Part shown: positions 22,002 to 30,420 of the stretch, piece by piece
Position numbering within the stretch: position 1 is the first letter of the stretch
Layout: each line of letters begins with the position of its first letter
NCBI GenBank assembly: GCA_043757105.1
Contig: JAYVPZ010000350.1
Coordinates: 1-56,364 of the forward strand
DNA length: 56,364 nucleotides
Reading direction: 5' to 3'
Origin: Aestuariivirga sp.
GTDB lineage: Bacteria; Pseudomonadota; Alphaproteobacteria; Rhizobiales; Aestuariivirgaceae
The notes under the pieces: generated by a model
What the model was told of the DNA's origin: nothing
What the model saw: the letters and a program-made list of their open reading frames with translations, nothing else
The model's database searches: none
Made by a program: the position numbers and the translations under genes

Positions 22002-23123
22002 ATGAGTGAAAAAATGAGTGAAAATCCGAATTCGGTTTTACGCCCAACTCAATTTGACAAAATATCGGGCTGGTTAGCCGATGATCATGAGGCGGCGCGT
22101 AAAACTTTCAAGCGCTCTTATGATGAAATGAAGAATACCGCGCATGGATTCAAACGTGCGGCACTTTTTGGCGGTAAATTGGAAAACTGGTTATCGATAC
22201 ATGAACCTGCATTTGAATCTAAAAACCCGCGTGAATTTTTTGAGCAATATTTTATGCCTTGCGAAGTTCGCGATTTTGCCCGTCCAGAAGGGCTCTTCAC
22301 CGGTTATTATGAACCAGAAGCTGAAGGGAGCTTGAAGCAGGAACGCGAATTCCAAGTGCCAATCTATCGCAAACCGCCGGAGCTCATATCGCTTGATACT
22401 GAATCTCAAAAAACCACAGGCCTCAGTTATGGCATAATGCGCAACAGCAATGCGCACGGATTTTCATCACGCGAAGAAATTGAAAAGGGAGCATTAAGCG
22501 GTCGAGGCCTCGAAATCGTTTGGCTTAAAAGTTGGGTTGATGCTTTCTTTATTCACATTCAAGGTTCAGGACGCATCAAACTCCAGAACGGCAACGTCAT
22601 CAGACTGGCTTATGCGGCAAAGAATGGCCAGCCCTACACGGGCATTGGTGGCGTGTTGTTGAAGCGTGGTGTGGCAACACCTGAAACCATGTCCATGCAG
22701 GTGCTGCGTGATTGGATGGCCGCCAACCCCGATGAAGCGCGCGCTCTGATGTGGAATAATAAGTCATTCATTTTTTTCCGAGACATCGAAGTGCCAAACA
22801 ACAGTTTGGGTGCACTGGGTGCGCAACAGGTAAATTTGACGCCTCTGCGCAGTCTCGCTGTTGATCGCTCGATCTGGATGTATGGCACACCGATGTGGTT
22901 GAATACGACCACACCGCCAGAATCTTTGGGTGGTGCCATGCCCTTCAAACATTTAATGATCGCTCAGGATACAGGCACAGCGATCAAAGGCTATGCGCGT
23001 GGCGATGTTTATTGGGGCTGGGGAGAAGACGCAGCCTTCTCCGCTGGTCATATGAAAAGCCCGGGTCAAATGATAGTGCTCTTGCCCAACGCGGTCATAA
23101 AATCATTGAATCTTAAATCATGA
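22002..23123 (+). CDS. mltA: Membrane-bound lytic murein transglycosylase A
   Basis: FTGYYEP, FFIHIQGSG, AQDTGTAIKG..RGD.YWG. Confidence 0.93.
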   Translation: MSEKMSENPNSVLRPTQFDKISGWLADDHEAARKTFKRSYDEMKNTAHGFKRAALFGGKLENWLSIHEPAFESKNPREFFEQYFMPCEVRDFARPEGLFTGYYEPEAEGSLKQEREFQVPIYRKPPELISLDTESQKTTGLSYGIMRNSNAHGFSSREEIEKGALSGRGLEIVWLKSWVDAFFIHIQGSGRIKLQNGNVIRLAYAAKNGQPYTGIGGVLLKRGVATPETMSMQVLRDWMAANPDEARALMWNNKSFIFFRDIEVPNNSLGALGAQQVNLTPLRSLAVDRSIWMYGTPMWLNTTTPPESLGGAMPFKHLMIAQDTGTAIKGYARGDVYWGWGEDAAFSAGHMKSPGQMIVLLPNAVIKSLNLKS

Positions 23124-23713
23124 CGCGGAAGGTTTTTGCCGTTCCCGATTTAGCGTTATGGGATGAGGTCAAGCAAGCGATCCAACCTTTGAGTCGCCGC
23201 AAATCACTCAAATCAAAACCACGTCTCATCGAAATTTCCAAACCATTCGCTTTGAAACCCGTCAATTGGAACGATGAAACAAATCTGATCATTTCAAATC
23301 CTAGGCCATCACACCAGCCACCAGCCATTTCGTCCTTTGATCGCAGAACCGCTCAGCGCCTAGGGCGTGGAACAGTTGAGCCTGAATCGAGGATCGATTT
23401 GCACGGTGAAAATCTTGAAACAGCGAGGTTCGGATTGTTGAATTTTGTCGCCCGGCAAAGGCAAATGGGTAATAGGTTAGTTCTTGTTATCACAGGAAAA
23501 GGCTCGTCACCTTTCGCGCGTCATACGCTGCATGGCCACAATCATTTTCATACTCCAGAACGTGAAGGAAAACTCCGACGTGAAGTGCCCATGTGGTTTC
23601 ATGATGTTGAATTTCGCCAGCATATCATCGGTTTTCAACCAGCCCATCCGCGCCATGGCGGCGGCGGCGCATTTTATGTGAAACTCCGCAGGCGAACAGG
23701 CGAACCGGAATGA
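23120..23713 (+). CDS. Smr/MutS2 domain protein
   Basis: IDLHG, VLVITGKG, HGGGGAFYV. Confidence 0.92.
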   Translation: MTRKVFAVPDLALWDEVKQAIQPLSRRKSLKSKPRLIEISKPFALKPVNWNDETNLIISNPRPSHQPPAISSFDRRTAQRLGRGTVEPESRIDLHGENLETARFGLLNFVARQRQMGNRLVLVITGKGSSPFARHTLHGHNHFHTPEREGKLRREVPMWFHDVEFRQHIIGFQPAHPRHGGGGAFYVKLRRRTGEPE

Positions 23714-24069
23714 CACCATTTGGTGCCAAACTTCGTGAACTACGTAAAGCCCGCAATTTGACCATGGCCGAAATGGCAAAATCAATTGGTGTGTCGAGTG
23801 CATATTTATCGGCACTTGAACATGGCAAACGTGGAAGACCATCTTGGCATTTAGTGCAAGGCATTATTGCCTTCTTGAATATTATTTGGGATGAAGCCGA
23901 GGAACTCATAAAACTTTCTCGCGTTTCACACCCGCGGATCACTATTGACACGTCTGGCCTAGAGCCACAGGCCACGGAACTCGCCAACCAACTTTCAAAA
24001 TCAATTGGCAAACTGGATCAAAGCACCATTCAGCAAATGCTAGACCTCATAAAAACTAAATCCAGCTAA
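23710..24069 (+). CDS. XRE-family HTH transcriptional regulator
   Basis: TPFG..LRELR, GVSSAYLSALEHGKRGRP; overlaps the Smr stop. Confidence 0.88.
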   Translation: MTPFGAKLRELRKARNLTMAEMAKSIGVSSAYLSALEHGKRGRPSWHLVQGIIAFLNIIWDEAEELIKLSRVSHPRITIDTSGLEPQATELANQLSKSIGKLDQSTIQQMLDLIKTKSS

Positions 24070-24095
24070 CCATATAAAGATATCTTTATATGGTT
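24068..24095. promoter_or_regulatory. Perfect 28-bp palindrome upstream of ahcY, probable SahR-type operator
   Basis: AACCATATAAAGAT|ATCTTTATATGGTT; the ATAAAGATATCTTTAT core resembles the SahR motif as I recall it for alphaproteobacterial ahcY/metK promoters. Confidence 0.65.
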
Positions 24096-24162
24096 CTTGC
24101 GGGCCTATTCCTTTCATGCTAGGGCAACTTTAAATTATAATCAGTTTAGCAGGAGACCCAAC

Positions 24163-25569
24163 ATGGCCGCATTTTCAGACTACATCGTCCAAGATATTAA
24201 GCTCGCAGATTGGGGTCGCAAAGAGCTCGACATGGCCGAAATGGAAATGCCGGGTCTGATGTCAACCCGCGCCGAATTTCATGCCTCGCAGCCTCTGAAA
24301 GGTGCACGCATATCAGGCTCCCTCCACATGACCATTCAAACTGCTGTGCTGATTGAAACTCTAAAGCATCTCGGTGCCGACATTCGCTGGGCATCATGCA
24401 ATATTTTTTCAACCCAAGATCACGCTGCTGCAGCCATTGCTGCTGCTGGTATTCCAGTTTTCGCAGTCAAGGGCGAAAGCTTGAAAGAATATTGGGAATA
24501 CACCGCAAAAATTTTTGAATGGCCAGACAACAAGCCAACAAACATGATTCTGGATGATGGTGGCGATGCCACACTTTACGTTTTGCTCGGCGAAAAAGCA
24601 GAAAAGAACCCAGCCCTCATCGCCCACCCCAAGAGCGAAGAAGAAGAATATCTCTATGCCGAAATCAAGAAGCGCCACAAGAATCAGCCGGGCTGGTTTG
24701 CCGAACAGCGCAAAGCGATCATCGGTGTGACAGAAGAAACCACCACAGGCGTAATGCGTCTCTATGAAATGCATGCCAAAGGTGAGCTGCCCTTCCCGGC
24801 CATTAACGTGAATGACTCAGTCACCAAATCCAAATTTGACAACAAATATGGCTGCCGTGAATCATTGGTAGATGCGATCCGTCGTGGCACTGATGTGATG
24901 ATGGCTGGCAAAATTGCTGTTGTCTGCGGTTATGGTGATGTGGGCAAAGGTTCTGCTGATTCACTGCGCGGTGCGGGTGCACGCGTTATGGTCACGGAAG
25001 TTGATCCAATCTGCGCTCTACAAGCCGCAATGGATGGCTACGATGTGCAAACCCTTCAAGATGCACTTCCAATAGCAGACATCTATGTCACCGCAACAGG
25101 CAACAAGGACGTTATCACCATTGACGACATGAAGTTGATGAAAGACATGGCCATCGTCTGCAACATCGGACACTTTGACAATGAAATCCAAGTCGCCGAA
25201 TTGAAGAACTTCAAATGGACCAACGTCAAGCCACAAGTTGATATCGTCGCCTTCCCAAAGGGCAACCGCATCATCCTGTTGTCCGAAGGCCGCTTGGTCA
25301 ATTTGGGCAACGCCACTGGCCATCCAAGCTTCGTGATGTCAGCCTCCTTCACCAATCAAACTTTGGCGCAGATTGAACTCTATACCAACAAGGGTAACGG
25401 CAAATATCAGAACGAAGTTTATGTTTTGCCAAAGCACCTTGACGAAAAAGTAGCACGCCTTCACCTTGGGAAGCTCGGTGTTAAATTGACGACATTGAAG
25501 CCCGAACAAGCAAGCTATATTGGGGTATCAGAAAACGGCCCGTTCAAGAAAGAATCATACCGCTACTAA
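24163..25569 (+). CDS. ahcY: Adenosylhomocysteinase
   Basis: [48 protein letters not shown]; ATG 24163 with AGGAGA RBS. Confidence 0.98.
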   Translation: MAAFSDYIVQDIKLADWGRKELDMAEMEMPGLMSTRAEFHASQPLKGARISGSLHMTIQTAVLIETLKHLGADIRWASCNIFSTQDHAAAAIAAAGIPVFAVKGESLKEYWEYTAKIFEWPDNKPTNMILDDGGDATLYVLLGEKAEKNPALIAHPKSEEEEYLYAEIKKRHKNQPGWFAEQRKAIIGVTEETTTGVMRLYEMHAKGELPFPAINVNDSVTKSKFDNKYGCRESLVDAIRRGTDVMMAGKIAVVCGYGDVGKGSADSLRGAGARVMVTEVDPICALQAAMDGYDVQTLQDALPIADIYVTATGNKDVITIDDMKLMKDMAIVCNIGHFDNEIQVAELKNFKWTNVKPQVDIVAFPKGNRIILLSEGRLVNLGNATGHPSFVMSASFTNQTLAQIELYTNKGNGKYQNEVYVLPKHLDEKVARLHLGKLGVKLTTLKPEQASYIGVSENGPFKKESYRY

Positions 25570-25590
25570 ACTCAAGTAATCCCATCAATT

Positions 25591-25634
25591 AGGCCTGATT
25601 CGAGAAGATCACACATTCCCGAAGCAGGCCTTTT
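25591..25634 (+). terminator. Possible intrinsic terminator after ahcY
   Basis: AGGCCTG..TTCG / CGAA..CAGGCCT imperfect hairpin followed by TTT. Confidence 0.45.
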
Positions 25635-25670
25635 GCGTCTATATCTGCCCCTAGGGCAGGGGCGTGATTC

Positions 25671-28175
25671 GTGAGATCGATGCGGTTGGCGAAGAAGAGA
25701 TTGCAGATAGGGCTTGAGACGCAAGGCAAACAGCATCATCAAATGCTGTGCTTGGCGACAACATGCTTTGGTCTAACGTCTACTTCTGTGAAAGCCGCCC
25801 CCATGCTCCAAGAGGTGACTGGCCTATTGGGCAGTGTTGCTGGCTTAGTCATTTTAGGTTTTGGATTTTTTAGCTATCGACATTACCGTAAACTCAAACA
25901 CAGCGAAGAAACTGTAAAACGAAAATTGATTGACGTTGAACGCCAACTCAATGAAACACAGGCAGCAATCGAGTCAGAACCGCAAATTATGGTGAGTTGG
26001 CGCGGACGAAGCGACATCCCCGAAAGCATGATTGGTAAACTGCCAGAGCTTGCAGGCGTTCCAACAACAGCCTTGGATTTTGTAAATTACAAAAACTGGC
26101 TCGAAAGCGACTCGGCCAATCTCTTAACCAGCGCTGTTGGGATATTACGCAATATTGGCACGGGTTTTAATTTTGCAATCAAAACTAAAGAAGGTGATCT
26201 GCTGGAAGCAGCTGGTCGCGCTGCTGCAGGGCTTGCAACTTTGCGCTTTCGACCACTAGCTGGTGAAAGACGCGTTGCAAACGAAACAGTCTATGATTCT
26301 CAAAAACTAGCAAAGCAAGTTGAACGATTAAGTGCAATCCTCGATGCTGCTCCCTTCCCAATATGGATTAAAAACAAAAACGACACATTAGGTTGGGTCA
26401 ACCAATCCTATGTCAAAGCAACTGAAGCGCGAGACAGCAACGAAGTCATCTCGCACAATATTGCCTTAGCAAAACCAGAATCATTGACCAAAGCTGCGGC
26501 AGTTGCCCAGGGCGGCCTCGTCGGGCGAACCCATTCGGTTCAAGCCGGTCAAATCAAAGCCTATAATATTTTCCAAACTGAACTCAGCGTTGGCCAAGTG
26601 GGCTTTGCTGTTGACGTAACGCCGCTTGAGCAAATTGAAAAAGAGCTAGCGCGCCATATCAATGCGCACGCTTCAACCCTTGACAAGCTCAGCACAGCAA
26701 TTGCTATATTTGGGCCAGACCAAAGGCTGCGTTTCTTTAATCAAGCTTATGTTGAACTCTGGCGCTTAGAAGAAAAATGGTTGCAGACTGAACCGAGCGA
26801 CGGTGAAATCCTTGACCGCCTCCGCGCCAATCGCAATTTGCCCGAAGAAGCCAATTACCGAGAGTGGCGATCAAAACAGTTGGCGGCTTATACCAATCTC
26901 GAAATTCGAGAATCTTATTGGTACTTGCCGGATGGTCGTTCACTACGCGTGGTGTGTGAACAACATCCCTTTGGTGGCGTCACCTATCTTTATGAAAACC
27001 TGACCAAAGAATATCAGCTTGAAAGTCGCTATAATGAACTATTCGAAGTGCAGCGCGAAACACTTGATAATTTGGCCGAAGCCGTAGCTCTTTCGGGCTC
27101 AGACGGCCGACTTAAATTATTCAACCCAGCTTTCATGCGCTTTTGGTCTTTAGACAGTCATTTCCTTTCTGAAAACCCGCATGTCGAACAATTGGCCCAG
27201 CTCGCCAATTTGAGTGCCGATTCCAAAGCAGGCTGGCAAGATATTAAATTTGGTGTGACCGGCATTGAAGGAAACCGCAAAGCCCATGAAGGGCGCATGA
27301 ATCAAGATGGCCGGATATTGCGTTACAGGGCAGTGCCACTGCCTGATGGCAATGCACTCATCACATTTACCGATGTTTCAGATTCCGTTAAAGCCGAGCA
27401 AGCTTTGCGTGATCGCGCCGAAGCCCTAGAGGCTGCAGATCGGCTCAAGAATAGCATTCTTACAAATGTTTCCTATGAAGTTCGAACACCGCTGACCAGT
27501 ATAGTTGGTTTTGCCGAAACGCTTGAATATGGCATTGCAGGGCCGCTAACGCCAAAACAGCGCGAATATGTTCTCGACATTCGCAAGTCCTCTGAAGACC
27601 TAAAACTAATCATCGATGCGATTATTGATCTGTCCGCCATTGATGCAGGGCAAATGGAACTGAAGCTCTCGGAAATTGACGTCGCTTATTTATTATCATC
27701 CGCTGCTGAAAAAATTACGACTCTTCTCCAGAAACGAAAACTTAAAATTGAGATTGAACTCGCAGAAGATATAAACTCAATTATAGGTGACTTTGAACGG
27801 CTCGAACAAATTCTTGTTCATCTTTTATCCAATGCAGCCGGATTCTCATCGCCCGAAGGCACAATTCGAATGGGTGCGCGCAAACGGTCAGAAACAATCC
27901 AAATTTGGGTCGCTGATCATGGGCGTGGTATTGAACCTGAATTACAACGCAAAGTCTTTGATCGTTTTCAAGCCAAACCTTCGGCCGGAAGCCACAGGGG
28001 CCCTGGTCTCGGCCTAGCACTCGTTAAAAGCTTCACTGAACTTCACGGTGGTACTGTCTCGTTGGTTTCAAAATTAGACCAAGGAACAACAGTTGTTTGC
28101 ACTCTGCCACTGCACGGGCCCGACAATAAAAGTCAAACCTTAAACCGCATCTCAAAATCAAATAATGCCGCATGA
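25671..28175 (+). CDS. divL: DivL-like PAS-domain histidine-kinase homolog (Tyr in H-box)
   Basis: TM, several PAS domains, HisKA/HATPase; H-box reads NVSYEVRTPL (Tyr in place of His); exact start uncertain. Confidence 0.8.
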   Translation: MRSMRLAKKRLQIGLETQGKQHHQMLCLATTCFGLTSTSVKAAPMLQEVTGLLGSVAGLVILGFGFFSYRHYRKLKHSEETVKRKLIDVERQLNETQAAIESEPQIMVSWRGRSDIPESMIGKLPELAGVPTTALDFVNYKNWLESDSANLLTSAVGILRNIGTGFNFAIKTKEGDLLEAAGRAAAGLATLRFRPLAGERRVANETVYDSQKLAKQVERLSAILDAAPFPIWIKNKNDTLGWVNQSYVKATEARDSNEVISHNIALAKPESLTKAAAVAQGGLVGRTHSVQAGQIKAYNIFQTELSVGQVGFAVDVTPLEQIEKELARHINAHASTLDKLSTAIAIFGPDQRLRFFNQAYVELWRLEEKWLQTEPSDGEILDRLRANRNLPEEANYREWRSKQLAAYTNLEIRESYWYLPDGRSLRVVCEQHPFGGVTYLYENLTKEYQLESRYNELFEVQRETLDNLAEAVALSGSDGRLKLFNPAFMRFWSLDSHFLSENPHVEQLAQLANLSADSKAGWQDIKFGVTGIEGNRKAHEGRMNQDGRILRYRAVPLPDGNALITFTDVSDSVKAEQALRDRAEALEAADRLKNSILTNVSYEVRTPLTSIVGFAETLEYGIAGPLTPKQREYVLDIRKSSEDLKLIIDAIIDLSAIDAGQMELKLSEIDVAYLLSSAAEKITTLLQKRKLKIEIELAEDINSIIGDFERLEQILVHLLSNAAGFSSPEGTIRMGARKRSETIQIWVADHGRGIEPELQRKVFDRFQAKPSAGSHRGPGLGLALVKSFTELHGGTVSLVSKLDQGTTVVCTLPLHGPDNKSQTLNRISKSNNAA

Positions 28176-29701
28176 AATCTGATGATATAACAATCGTTCA
28201 TTTTAGCGATCAAACAGAAACTGAAAATTATGCGAGAATGGTTTCGCTTTGGGTTAGACCGGGCTTAGCCATTGCTCTGAGCGGCGATCTTGGTTCGGGT
28301 AAGTCGACATTTGCACGAGCATTCATCCGCGCCCTAGCGAAGCCAGACGATATATTTGATATTCCAAGCCCGACATTTCCCATCATCCAAATTTATGACA
28401 ACACCCGCGTTCCAGTTGCACACATTGATCTATATAGACTCGATAAGAGCGAAGAGGTTGAAGATCTTGGCATAGCAGATTTGTTCTCAACCCATATTGT
28501 GCTGATCGAATGGCCAGATTTAATCCGCAAAAGCCTGCCAGAATCTACGTTGAATCTGACATTCAAAGGACATGCCGATGAACGCCAAGTCGAAGTTTCT
28601 GAAAGTGGTGCTTGGCCCGCGTTGTTAGCACGTAACAACGTGATTTTTGATTTTCTAAAAGACAGTAAATGGCATGGCGCAGAGCGAAAATTCTTTGAAG
28701 GCGACGCTTCGTCGCGTCGTTATGAAAGTCTTGAAAAAAACAATTCAAATGTCCTGCTGATGGACATGCCACAAAGGCCCGATGGTCCGCCTGTAAAAGA
28801 CGGAAAGCCTTATAGTGCGGTTGCTCATCTCGCCGAAAATATTAGCGCTGTTTCAGCTGCTAATTCACAATTACTCAAACTCGGTTATAGCGCGCCGATC
28901 ATTGAAAAAATTGATCTGGAAAACGGATTGGCGATTATCGAAAATTTAGGCGGTAAAGTATTTGGCCAGATGATGCGCGACGGTGATGACATGCGTGAAC
29001 CACTTGCCATGGCCATTGAACTCTTGGCTGATATGAACACCCAGACTTGGCCAACACAGATCAAACATCAGAACCAGAAGATTTATAATGTTGAAGCCTA
29101 CGATCTTAGCGCACAAATGATTGAGGTTGATCTGCTGCTATCTTGGTTTTGGCCCTATGTTCACGGTAAAGAAGCCCCGCAGCCAGTTCGAAAATCCTTT
29201 GAAAAGATATGGTCGAAACTATTACCCAATACCCAACTGCAAAACTCCCAATGGGTTCTAAGAGATTTCCACTCGCCCAATCTCATTTGGATCAAGGAAC
29301 GAAAGAGTATCCAGAGAGTAGGCCTTATCGATACTCAAGACACCGTTATGGGCCATCCCGCCTATGACCTTGCCTCGCTGCTCCAAGATGCGCGTGTTGA
29401 TATTGAGTTCTCATTGGCAGATCAACTCTACCAACAATATGAAAAATTGCGATTGGCGCGGGGCGATTTCGACGCGGAGGAATTTGCATTAGCCTATGCT
29501 ATTCTTGGAGCCCAACGCACAACCAAAATATTGGGAATTTTTGCAAGACTTGCAAAGCGCGACGGTAAGCCTGTTTACTTAAAGCACATGCCACGTGTGG
29601 CCCGCTATCTTGCGAGAAACCTTCGACACCCTAAACTGAGCGAATTGGCCGATTGGTTTATCGTGAATTTACCGGAAGCATTGGACATCGGGAAATCATG
29701 A
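28172..29701 (+). CDS. tsaE: Fused TsaE ATPase / AmgK-like phosphotransferase
   Basis: N-terminal GDLGSGKSTF, PSPTF, HIDLYRL, LIEWP; C-terminal GDASSRRY, RDFHSPNL, YDLASLLQD. Confidence 0.9.
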   Translation: MKSDDITIVHFSDQTETENYARMVSLWVRPGLAIALSGDLGSGKSTFARAFIRALAKPDDIFDIPSPTFPIIQIYDNTRVPVAHIDLYRLDKSEEVEDLGIADLFSTHIVLIEWPDLIRKSLPESTLNLTFKGHADERQVEVSESGAWPALLARNNVIFDFLKDSKWHGAERKFFEGDASSRRYESLEKNNSNVLLMDMPQRPDGPPVKDGKPYSAVAHLAENISAVSAANSQLLKLGYSAPIIEKIDLENGLAIIENLGGKVFGQMMRDGDDMREPLAMAIELLADMNTQTWPTQIKHQNQKIYNVEAYDLSAQMIEVDLLLSWFWPYVHGKEAPQPVRKSFEKIWSKLLPNTQLQNSQWVLRDFHSPNLIWIKERKSIQRVGLIDTQDTVMGHPAYDLASLLQDARVDIEFSLADQLYQQYEKLRLARGDFDAEEFALAYAILGAQRTTKILGIFARLAKRDGKPVYLKHMPRVARYLARNLRHPKLSELADWFIVNLPEALDIGKS

Positions 29702-30417
29702 ATAAGCCAGACCCTAAGGTGGGCCAAAAAGCGATGGTACTCGCAGCCGGTCTTGGCACACGCATGCGTCCTTTAACTGATGTCATACCCAAGCCATTGA
29801 TCAAAGTGGCAGGCAAACCAATTATTGAATATGGCTTTGATAGGCTACGCGAAGCGAAGGTAGATCATGTCGTTGTCAATGCACATTATTTGCCGGATCA
29901 GATCATTAAATGGTGCAACAGCTTTAGTATTCCAAAAACTATCATATCAGATGAAACTCATTCAGTACTCGATACAGGTGGCGGTATCGCCAATGCTTTG
30001 CCTCTACTCGGTCGCGACCCATTTTTTGTTCTCAACAGCGATTGCTTCTGGATCGACAAAGGCGAGCCTGCCTTACAAAGGCTGCGCAATTTTTGGGATG
30101 ACGGAAAAATGGATTGTCTGCTTCTCGTTTGCGATCCATCCCAAACCACAGGTTATGACGGCGATGGAGATTTTGTGATTGCTGCAAACGGAAAGCTCGC
30201 CCGTCAGCGCCAGAACGCATTGGCCTATATTGGTGCCTATCTGGTTCATCCGCGGCTTTTTAAGAATGCCCCGACGGGAAAATTTTCGATGAATGTTTTA
30301 TGGGACGAAGCCATAATGCAGGGCCGCCTTTTTGGCATTGCTCATAAAGGGCATTGGTTGCATGTTGGGATCCCCGATGCCATTTCTAAAGCAGAAGAAA
30401 AATTGAAACAGGTTTAA
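29698..30417 (+). CDS. murU: MurU-like nucleotidyltransferase
   Basis: AMVLAAGLGTRMRPLT..PKPL, LDTGGGI, NSD; follows the amgK domain; ATG 29698. Confidence 0.8.
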   Translation: MNKPDPKVGQKAMVLAAGLGTRMRPLTDVIPKPLIKVAGKPIIEYGFDRLREAKVDHVVVNAHYLPDQIIKWCNSFSIPKTIISDETHSVLDTGGGIANALPLLGRDPFFVLNSDCFWIDKGEPALQRLRNFWDDGKMDCLLLVCDPSQTTGYDGDGDFVIAANGKLARQRQNALAYIGAYLVHPRLFKNAPTGKFSMNVLWDEAIMQGRLFGIAHKGHWLHVGIPDAISKAEEKLKQV

Positions 30418-30420
30418 TCA

